Assembly: GCA_963737265.1 (NCBI GenBank)
Contig: CAVTRY010000011.1
Span: 288,001 to 352,000 of the forward strand
Length of the DNA: 64,000 nucleotides
Direction of reading: 5' to 3'
From: an uncultured delta proteobacterium
Lineage (GTDB): Bacteria > Myxococcota_A > Polyangia > Fen-1088
The translations under genes and the position numbers were made by a program. The notes under the pieces are model-generated. The model searched no databases. It was not told the DNA's origin and worked only from the letters and a program-made list of their open reading frames with translations. The number at the start of each line of letters is the position of its first letter. Positions within the stretch are counted from its first letter, which is position 1. Of this stretch, positions 30,100-38,170 are shown one piece after another.

Positions 30100-31581
30100 C
30101 TAGCGTGCGATGCGGAAGGTCGCGCCAGCTCCCAGCATGTAGCCGGTGCTCTTCCAGCCCGGATAGCCGGGGTTGTTAGTCTGCAGGCCGGCGGTACCGG
30201 CGGCGGGCAGGCCGGTATTGATGTTGATGGCGTTGCTGGGGTATTCGTCGATGACTGGATGGGCGGCATTCGGATCTTTCGTCACGTCGCGCGGGATAAA
30301 CAGCGAACCAAACAGGGTGATGCCGGCTTCGAGATCCTTGCCGAGAAACCTCACCGGTCCCTCAATCCCGGCGCTGGCGAGCAAGCGCGAATTGTCGACG
30401 TAGTTGGTGCGTCCGGTTTGGTCGGGTACGGGCGACGGCGAATAGCCGATGTCGGCGGTGACGTGCCGTTCGCGCCACAGGAAGCCGCCGCCGAGCGCGA
30501 CGCTGACGGTATTGTTCCAGGTGTCGAGCGGGTGCTCGCCCTGGCGGTTGTAGTACTGCGACCAGCGCTCGCCCAATAGTTGAATGCCGATTTCCCAAGG
30601 CGCGCGACCGTCGGCACGGTGGGGACCGCTGTAGCTGCCCCCGACGGCGAAGCGCAGCGGTTCGCTCCCTTGCGAGATGGTGTACGTCTGTTGGACCGAG
30701 TTTTGCCCCGGCGGATAGGCGTAGTTCCAAAAACGCAGATCGTTTTCGCCCTGGGTGTTGTTGGCAAAGGCAACATGCAGGGTAGCGATGACCGCGCTGC
30801 GCTGGGTTGGGTGCATGGTCGCCGCGAAGTAGGGTCTGAACTTGCTGTCGGTGTGAATGTCGGGAGCCAACAGCACGCGGCTCTGGTCCGAGCCGTCGGG
30901 AACGTAAACGGCTACCTTGGATTGGGTGAGGATGGCGACGTCGATACCGGCCCCGATGGAGATCCACTCGTTGAGCTGGGAGCCGAGGGCGAAGGTGAAG
31001 GTGGAGACGTCGAGCCGGTCTCCTAGCAGCTCGAAGTGAAGCTTGTCGGAGAAGTACTGTTCGCGTTCGTCGGCGAAAAAGCCGTTCTGGTCCAGGAAGG
31101 AGCGCACCGGGAGGAAGGCGTAGAAGCCGAAGACCAAGGCCTTGCCAGCCAGCGGGCGCACCATGCCGATGGCGGCGTAGATGGCGTTATTGTCGGCGTC
31201 GGTGTTAGAGCGTGGATTTGGCAGATTCGCGGTGGCGAGCGGGCGAATGACGTTGGAGCCGCCGGGGACGACGCTCGAATACACCGTATTTGGCACGTCT
31301 ACGCCCGCGGGGCGCGCCTTGAGACGAATGTTGCTCTGGGTTGCCAGCCCGAAGAAGCCGACCTCGATCTTGGGGGTGGCTTCTGGCAGCAGCGAGGGAT
31401 TGAAGTAGGTCGCCGCGGATCCGTGGGAAAGGACGCGCGCCGTGATTTGGTTCCCGCCCGTGGTCGCGCCGATGATTTCGAGCGTGCTGGAGGCGCGGGC
31501 GAGGTTGGGAAAGTCTGCGAAGAAGAGGGCAGCGACGAGCAGCGCGGGGCAGGTGCGCAACGGATGCGGGGTGCGGTGCAT
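30100..31581 (-). CDS. FadL/OmpP1-like outer-membrane beta-barrel
   Basis: Signal peptide; SAATYFNPSLL; YSPSPVPDQTGRTNYVD; terminal amphipathic strand. Confidence 0.75.
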   Translation of the reverse strand: MHRTPHPLRTCPALLVAALFFADFPNLARASSTLEIIGATTGGNQITARVLSHGSAATYFNPSLLPEATPKIEVGFFGLATQSNIRLKARPAGVDVPNTVYSSVVPGGSNVIRPLATANLPNPRSNTDADNNAIYAAIGMVRPLAGKALVFGFYAFLPVRSFLDQNGFFADEREQYFSDKLHFELLGDRLDVSTFTFALGSQLNEWISIGAGIDVAILTQSKVAVYVPDGSDQSRVLLAPDIHTDSKFRPYFAATMHPTQRSAVIATLHVAFANNTQGENDLRFWNYAYPPGQNSVQQTYTISQGSEPLRFAVGGSYSGPHRADGRAPWEIGIQLLGERWSQYYNRQGEHPLDTWNNTVSVALGGGFLWRERHVTADIGYSPSPVPDQTGRTNYVDNSRLLASAGIEGPVRFLGKDLEAGITLFGSLFIPRDVTKDPNAAHPVIDEYPSNAININTGLPAAGTAGLQTNNPGYPGWKSTGYMLGAGATFRIAR

Positions 31582-31661
31582 GCGCGAATGATGCCACGGA
31601 TCCCGAGCCGCATGGCCGGTCCGGCGCGGATTGAGTGTCCAGTCCGCCCGACGCATGTGCC

Positions 31662-32036
31662 TCAACCGAACAGGGCCAGTGCTTCCTCGAATTCGAGACG
31701 AGCCAGCCCTTCGCTAAAGCGCGCGCCGCGGGAATCGTTGGCGGCGCTCGCGGCGCTGGCCCGACCAGCTTCGGCCAGGGCCGCGTCGTAGCGCTCGCGG
31801 TAGCACGCAAGCTCGGCCTCGAGATCGGCGGGGCTGCGTAGGAGATACGAGGCCGCTTGGGCGCGCGAGGCGAGCGCTTCGTAGGCGGTTCGGATCCGTT
31901 TGAACCCGTCTGGGTCGCTGTGCGGAGGATGCTTCGCGAGCGCGACGAAGTAGGCACGTTTGATGGCCGCGACGTCGAGCGTTGGGGCGATCCCCAAGGT
32001 CGCGAATGGGCTGATCTCAAGAACATTCGAGCTCAT
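31662..32036 (-). CDS. Small J-domain co-chaperone with non-canonical HPP motif
   Basis: PFATLGI...IKRAY...KHPPHSDPDGFKRIRTAYEAL; ATGA overlap with the upstream gene. Confidence 0.8.
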   Translation of the reverse strand: MSSNVLEISPFATLGIAPTLDVAAIKRAYFVALAKHPPHSDPDGFKRIRTAYEALASRAQAASYLLRSPADLEAELACYRERYDAALAEAGRASAASAANDSRGARFSEGLARLEFEEALALFG

Positions 32037-34021
32037 GAATCGTCCTCATCGAGCGGGAGCGCGATCTGGCCGCCTTGTTTTTTTCGCGACGTCTTTCGGG
32101 CGCGCGCCGGTCGGATCTTGCGAGGTGATTTCTTGTTTTCGTGGCCAAGCATAAAGCCGAGAAGCTCCCGCGCCCGCTCGTCCTCGGGCGTGAGCTCCGC
32201 GCCGTCCTCCGCAAGCGCCGCCCGCTGATAGGCGTGTGCCACGACTTTAACGACAGCAAACGGCGCGCTTAACCCCATAGTCTGGTTCACAGCGCGTGCC
32301 AAGGCGATTCGATCATTCCGAAAGCGATCGATCATCAAGCGGCAGGTTTCCCCGATTAGGGACGGCAGCATTTCCGACTCGCCCATGGAAAGCTCGCGCA
32401 AGACCTCCAACCAGGCTTCGATGTCGGTACGGTTGCCCACATAGGCCGTCACGGCCTCGATGCGCTGTCTGGGTTGGCTTGCTTGGGAAAGTGCGAAGGG
32501 TAAAAGCTCCGCGCAGTAGGGAAGCGCGCGCAGGCCAAAGCGGCGCCAAAGCGACAGTCCGCCAGCGGCCATGAAAGGCAGGTCCGGGTCGGCTTTGTCG
32601 GCATCCGAGACGATGCGATCGAGGGTCGCCAGGTCAGCGAACGTACGACTCCCCACCAGCGCGGTCAGACTGGTCTTTTCGGACAGGTCGATGAGATCGG
32701 GGAGGATGCGAGCAAGGTCGCGGCGCACATTATCGCTAGCGGTCTTCCAGACCGCATCGATGACATCCGCCACGATTTCGCTCGGCTGTCCCCACGCCAA
32801 GCTGTCGAGAAGCCTTCCACGCACCGACAAATCAAGCTTGTCGAGATGGGCCGCGAGGGCCTGGCCCCGCTTGCATACCTCGCGCGAGGCGGCTTGCAAC
32901 CAGGTGGGGCCGGGGAAACAGAGCTGGTCCTCCATGTGCGCCTGGGGCGGGGGCGCGTTCAAGTGCAGGGTCTGCTCCCAAATCGAAAAGAGGCGAGCGT
33001 CGGGCAGCGACGCTGCCGCGGAAAGCGCACCTTCGCAGATGGCGAGAGCCAAGGATGCAAGACCAGGCGTGCGGGCGAAATCGCGAGCCATGGCTTCGGC
33101 GCATTCCTTGAGCTGCGCGGTCCTGGCGAGGGCCCCGGCAAGGGCCTGCAGTGACTCTCGCTCTTCCTTCGTCGCTGTCTTGCTCATGACCGCCGGCAGA
33201 AGAAGCCGGGTGGCGAGCAAGATCTCCGGAGCGAGAGCGTTCTCCTCGCCTTCGGAGATTCGCGCCAGCAAACGGGCGGGCAGGGCCAGCGAGGCTGCCG
33301 ATCTCGCCTGGATCAGTAGCTCGCGCATGGCCAGCCCACCCGCGCGGGTTCGCAACGCCTCGGCAAGCTCTGGGGTTGCCCGATCCAGCCACGTCATAAG
33401 GGTGTCCGCCACGGCCGGCAACGGTTGTGCGGCGAACAGGGCGAAGAGCGCGCCTTCGGCCTGTTCTACCGACACCGGCGCGGCTGGAGGCGCGAGGCGA
33501 GGGCGGGTCGTGGACTCGATTCCGAGCCGCGGATCAGGGGCGACAGGCGGCGGCAAGACATCGAGACTCAGCCCAACCAGGGCCTTGGCATCGACTCGTC
33601 CTTGCCCATCGAGCCACGCAGTGATAGCGGGCGCCAATGCGGGCGCCCGCGCGGTCACGCATTCGACCAACAACTTCCAGATGCGCCCAGCCCGCGCGAA
33701 ATCCCGGGCGCGCATGCAGGCAAGAAACAGCGGCCAGCGCGCGGCCGCCAGGCCGGCCTCATCGGATCCGCGCGCCAGCAGGCGCGGCTCTTGCTCCGCG
33801 CGCGCCGCCAGGGTGTGCAGGCGCGCCCACGCAGACGCCCGGTGTAACTCCGGCAAGGTTCGGCGAAAAAAGGGCGATACCAAATCGAGGAACGGCTCAC
33901 GCGCGGCTTTGTCCAGCCCCAGCACGGCGTCGATCGCCAGCTCCAGATCCCGGCGAGCGATCGCCTTGTCGATCTGTTCTCGCGCTCGCCGAGCTCGCTT
34001 GTCGTCGTCGCCGCGTCCCAT
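32033..34021 (-). CDS. Hypothetical alpha-helical protein (662 aa) inside the Hsp70 operon
   Basis: Starts 5 nt after the hsp70 stop and overlaps the J gene; Ala/Leu-rich with a basic C-terminal tail. Confidence 0.7.
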   Translation of the reverse strand: MGRGDDDKRARRAREQIDKAIARRDLELAIDAVLGLDKAAREPFLDLVSPFFRRTLPELHRASAWARLHTLAARAEQEPRLLARGSDEAGLAAARWPLFLACMRARDFARAGRIWKLLVECVTARAPALAPAITAWLDGQGRVDAKALVGLSLDVLPPPVAPDPRLGIESTTRPRLAPPAAPVSVEQAEGALFALFAAQPLPAVADTLMTWLDRATPELAEALRTRAGGLAMRELLIQARSAASLALPARLLARISEGEENALAPEILLATRLLLPAVMSKTATKEERESLQALAGALARTAQLKECAEAMARDFARTPGLASLALAICEGALSAAASLPDARLFSIWEQTLHLNAPPPQAHMEDQLCFPGPTWLQAASREVCKRGQALAAHLDKLDLSVRGRLLDSLAWGQPSEIVADVIDAVWKTASDNVRRDLARILPDLIDLSEKTSLTALVGSRTFADLATLDRIVSDADKADPDLPFMAAGGLSLWRRFGLRALPYCAELLPFALSQASQPRQRIEAVTAYVGNRTDIEAWLEVLRELSMGESEMLPSLIGETCRLMIDRFRNDRIALARAVNQTMGLSAPFAVVKVVAHAYQRAALAEDGAELTPEDERARELLGFMLGHENKKSPRKIRPARARKTSRKKQGGQIALPLDEDDS

Positions 34022-34026
34022 GGCTC

Positions 34027-35758
34027 TCAGCCCGGTGACTCGCTACCGTCCGTCTTGGCCTCGTGCTCGAGGAACAGGTCGAGCAACTCGTCTTCGATGC
34101 GCTCCTGGTCGTTGGGTTGCGCCGCCGCTAACTTGGCCAGCAGCTCCTCCGTTCTTTTCTGCTCGTCGCTGGTCAGGGACGACAGCAAGGCTCGTGCCTT
34201 GCGCACGATGGTACTTTCCGACCGGGCCGTCGATTTGGTTCGCGCGGCGGCCGGCGCTTTCGTCCGCTGCGCCTTTTTGCCCGCGTCCGCAACTTTCAAG
34301 GCCACGACTTTCGCGTTGTTCTTCCCTGGCTGCGAAATCTCGACCCGGATCACCCCATTGAGATCGTAGGCGAACTCCACCTTCACCGGCGAGTGCGCGG
34401 GCACCGGCACGAGGTCGAAAAGAAACGAACCCACGCGCGTGTTTTGCGAACAAAGCTGGGCTTCGCCCTGGAAAACCTCCACCTCCAGCTTCGCTTGATT
34501 GTCGATCATGGTGTAGAACTCCTCCGCGCGCTGGGCGGGGAGCACGGTATTGCGTCTCAGCACCGGGGCGAAGGTGTCGGGTCTGTCCTCATAATATTCG
34601 TCGTGTCCGACCACGAGCATTCCCAAGCTGTGAGACGAAACGTCGACCAGGATTCGTTCCACCGTCGCGCCTCGCAGCAGCCCGGCTTGCAACGATGCGC
34701 CCAACCCAACCGCCAAGTCGGGGTCCACGTCTTCGTGGATAGGGGCGCCGAAGGCTTCCTCGATCAGTGACCGCACCAAGGGAATGCGTGTGGAGCCGCC
34801 GACCAGGCACACCCGTCCGATTTGTCCGGCGTCGACCCCTGCGTCCGCCAGCGCCTTGTGCGAAAGCTCGATGGTGCTCTGCAGGAGCGGCCGGATGAGA
34901 TCCTCGAATTGCCGGCGTGTGATGGTGGTTTCGAGGTGAATTGGTTTACCTGCGACACTGGTGAGGAACTCCTCGCGGATTTCCACGGAGGTGGCGAGGG
35001 ACAGCTTGATCTTGGTTTCCTCGGACAGGCGGCGCAGTTTGGCCATGGCGCGCGCGTCTTCGCGTGGATCCACGGCGTGTTTGGCTTTCAAGTCGTCGAG
35101 GAAAACTTGCAACAGGCGGTCGTCGAAGTCGTCGCCGCCCAAGGCGGTATTTCCGGTGGTGCTGCGCACCTCGCGGATCTGGCCGGAGACGTTCGAGCAC
35201 GGAAACGTCGAAGGTACCGCCGCCCAGATCGTAAATGACCACGACCTCGGACTCCGCCGAGGCATTCGCCTCGCCAATTTGGTCGTAGACCAGGGATGCG
35301 CTCGTCGGTTCGTTGAGCAGACGCAAGACGTGAAGCTTTGCCAACTCGCCCGCCTGCAGGGTCGCCCGCCGTTGCGCATCGTCGAAATAGGCGGGGACGG
35401 TCACGATGACGTCCGAAATCGGCTGTCCCAAGGCCTTCTCCGCCCCGGCCTTGAGCGCGGCGAGAACGGCGGCCGAGATCTCGGCGGGCGAAAATGCGCG
35501 GCCGTCGATTTCATAGCGGTGGTCGAGGCCCATCTTGCGCTTGACCGAGCGGATGGTGCGCTCGGGTTCCGACAGTTGCAGGTTGCGCGCCTCGCGCCCC
35601 ACGCGAAAACCGCCATCCTTGTCCACATACACCACCGACGGTACGATGGCGTCGCCTTCGATGGCGATGGGCACGGGACGGCCGTCCCGCAGATAGGTGA
35701 TGACCGAATTGGTCGTGCCCAAATCGATCCCGACGTGCAATTCCGACGCTCGACTCAT
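34027..35758 (-). CDS. Hsp70/DnaK-family paralog; +1 frameshift at ~35192
   Basis: GIDLGTTNS, TVPAYF, NEPT, YDLGGGTFDVS, LGGDDFD, LVGGSTRIP and VFQGE; 576 aa after removing one base in GTTCGAGC (35191-35198). Confidence 0.9.
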
Positions 35759-36300
35759 GTTGACCTCATGCTGACGATGACCTCGCCTTCGCGAACCAGG
35801 TTTCCTTGACGGCTGACCGCCGCGCGCACCACCCGCAGGACCTTGCCGGCCGCGAGAGCATCGCAATCCTCCGTGCCGACGACGCGAAACCGGTGGCCAT
35901 CCGGTGTCTCGCCAACATCCGCCAGGCGCTCGAAGCCGGCCTGCTTTAGAAATCGCTCCAATCTGCCGGACACGGCTCGAATACCTTGCGCGTGCGCCTC
36001 GTCGGGCGCCAGACGGGCCGCCTCTTCGAGGCCGTCCATGGCATCGAAGCATTCGTCGAAAGACAGAGATGAAGCGCTGCCGAGATCCACCTTCTCGACC
36101 ATGCCGCGCAGATCCGAAAACCCCGCCTCCAGCTTCGACTCGATCTCCTCCAAACGCAGTCCCTGACGCGCCTGCGTTCGCGCGATTTTTTGCGCCAGGT
36201 CCACGAGCTCGGCCAGGTAATCATCCGATTCCTCGTCGTCCGCAGTTGCGGCGGCAAGCCGTCGCGATCCAAAGAGCCGAGCGATCCAAGACATCGCCAT
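35755..36300 (-). CDS. GrpE-like nucleotide exchange factor
   Basis: MDGLEEA, GIRAV..RL..FL, GETPD..R..VVG and G.V..V.R.....G.LVR.GEV.V; ATGA overlap with hsp70. Confidence 0.8.
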   Translation of the reverse strand: MAMSWIARLFGSRRLAAATADDEESDDYLAELVDLAQKIARTQARQGLRLEEIESKLEAGFSDLRGMVEKVDLGSASSLSFDECFDAMDGLEEAARLAPDEAHAQGIRAVSGRLERFLKQAGFERLADVGETPDGHRFRVVGTEDCDALAAGKVLRVVRAAVSRQGNLVREGEVIVSMRST

Positions 36301-36512
36301 TTCCCTAACACGCTGTCGGCCCGCCCGGCAACGGCAAGAATGACCCAATGTTCTCCGCGAAAGGACAAGAGGTGTGGCGCGCATGCAAAGCGCACGCTTC
36401 GAGGGCTTCAGGCTTCGGGTTGTCCGTTCGACGATGTTCGTCGGGACCGATTGGATCTTCCTTTTTCGAACGATTTTGCGATCAATTCACGGCGATTCGC
36501 ACATACACTGAG

Positions 36513-38102
36513 ATGACCTTGCTCTTTCGAACAGGACCAAATTGGGCAATCATTCTGGCATGTGGCGTTGGCATCGGCTGCTCCAGCCCGAGCGCCACCA
36601 TCGGCCACGACGCGGCGGCAAGCACGGGCGGGGCCGCTGGAGCGGGTGCCGGTGGCGCGTCTGTGGGCGCTGGCGGTAAAGTGGGTTCAGACGGAGCTGT
36701 GGGCACAAGCGGGGCAACGGCAAGCACGGGTGGTGGAACGACAGGACCGGGCGGTTCGAGCGGATTCGGCGGCGGAGGCTCGGGTGGCGGGAGCGCGATT
36801 GATGGCGGCGCAGGTGTCGCGACGGGCGGCGCCACGACAGACGCTGCGGGAGCGACCGTCGGCACAGACGCGAATGTTCCGCGGGACGCAGTCATGGATG
36901 GAGCGCTCCTGGACACCAGCGTCGACGCGCCATCGGGCGGCACCCGCGACACAAGCGATGAAGCGGCCATCGCGGATGTGGCACCGCGGGTGGATGCGTC
37001 CGTGCAAGGTTTTGTTCATCCCGGACTCTTGCTCACAAGCGGCGACCTCGCGCGCATGAAGGAGAAGATCGCCGCCAAGAGCGAGCCTTGGTACGGCCAA
37101 TACACCACGCTCATGAATGATCAGAACTCCAGCGCCACCAAGGCATACAACACGCCACCCGCCATCATCGGCCGCAATGCAGCCTCGGCTTACGCGACCG
37201 ATCGTTACGCGTGCGAAGCCGACGCGGTGTTGGCGTTCCAGAATGCTCTTGTTTTCGCGCTCACTGGACAGACGGCCCACGCCGCTTTGGCGGTGAAGAT
37301 CCTGAATGCCTACGCCGCCGGGGTAAAGCACTTCGACACCTTGGATCCCGAACGCGATCTGGAAGCCGCCATCCTGGGTTGGCTGTGGGTCGAAACCGCC
37401 GAGCTCGTGCGCTATTCGGGAAACACCTACACCGGTTGGACTGCGGCCGACATCGCGATTTTTGGCACCTGGATCCACGACGTGGTGTACGCGGACACCG
37501 CCTACAACGCCACGGGAGTCCTCGTGACGCCCTTGCCGAACGGTGCGGGCGCGCGGGGCGCATTCGGTCTGCGGACCAAGATGGCCATTGGCATCTACCT
37601 TGACGACAAGACCATCTACAACGAAGCCGTGGACTATTTCTTCAACGGCAAAGGCAACGGCGCGCCATCGTACTACATTCTTCCGTCCACGGGGCAAACC
37701 TGGGAAGCGGGGCGGGATCAAGGCCACGCGCAAGGCGGCCTGTGCCGCCTCATGGAAACCGCCCACATGGCCCACAACCAGGGCAACGAAACCTTGTACG
37801 CCTGGCAGAATAACGCGCTTTCGCGCGCGATTGAATACATCGCCTCGTACAACCTGGGGAACGACGTTCCCTACAGCCTCATGCAGCCTTTTACCACGAG
37901 CTGGGCCGACACCTACCCCGCCATCTCCGCCATTGGTAGGGGCGAATTTCAACCCATTTACGAGTTGCCGTACTACTACTGGCACAGCATCAAAGGCCTG
38001 AACATGCCGTTCACGCTGCAAGCGATCGGCAAGGAGGTCACCGAGACTTTCTCCCCGCAAAACGACAACCCCATGTTCGCAACCCTGTCGTACCGGCAGT
38101 AG
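36513..38102 (+). CDS. Alginate-lyase-family (alpha/alpha barrel) polysaccharide lyase-like lipoprotein with Gly-rich linker
   Basis: Lipobox GIGC; FVHPGLL, EPW, GQTWEAGRDQGHAQ and EYIASYNLG. Confidence 0.78.
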   Translation: MTLLFRTGPNWAIILACGVGIGCSSPSATIGHDAAASTGGAAGAGAGGASVGAGGKVGSDGAVGTSGATASTGGGTTGPGGSSGFGGGGSGGGSAIDGGAGVATGGATTDAAGATVGTDANVPRDAVMDGALLDTSVDAPSGGTRDTSDEAAIADVAPRVDASVQGFVHPGLLLTSGDLARMKEKIAAKSEPWYGQYTTLMNDQNSSATKAYNTPPAIIGRNAASAYATDRYACEADAVLAFQNALVFALTGQTAHAALAVKILNAYAAGVKHFDTLDPERDLEAAILGWLWVETAELVRYSGNTYTGWTAADIAIFGTWIHDVVYADTAYNATGVLVTPLPNGAGARGAFGLRTKMAIGIYLDDKTIYNEAVDYFFNGKGNGAPSYYILPSTGQTWEAGRDQGHAQGGLCRLMETAHMAHNQGNETLYAWQNNALSRAIEYIASYNLGNDVPYSLMQPFTTSWADTYPAISAIGRGEFQPIYELPYYYWHSIKGLNMPFTLQAIGKEVTETFSPQNDNPMFATLSYRQ

Positions 38103-38170
38103 CGGTTGGCGATTTCGACGTCCGACATCCACTAACCCGACCCGGTTTGGGACAGAAGAAAGGCGACACC

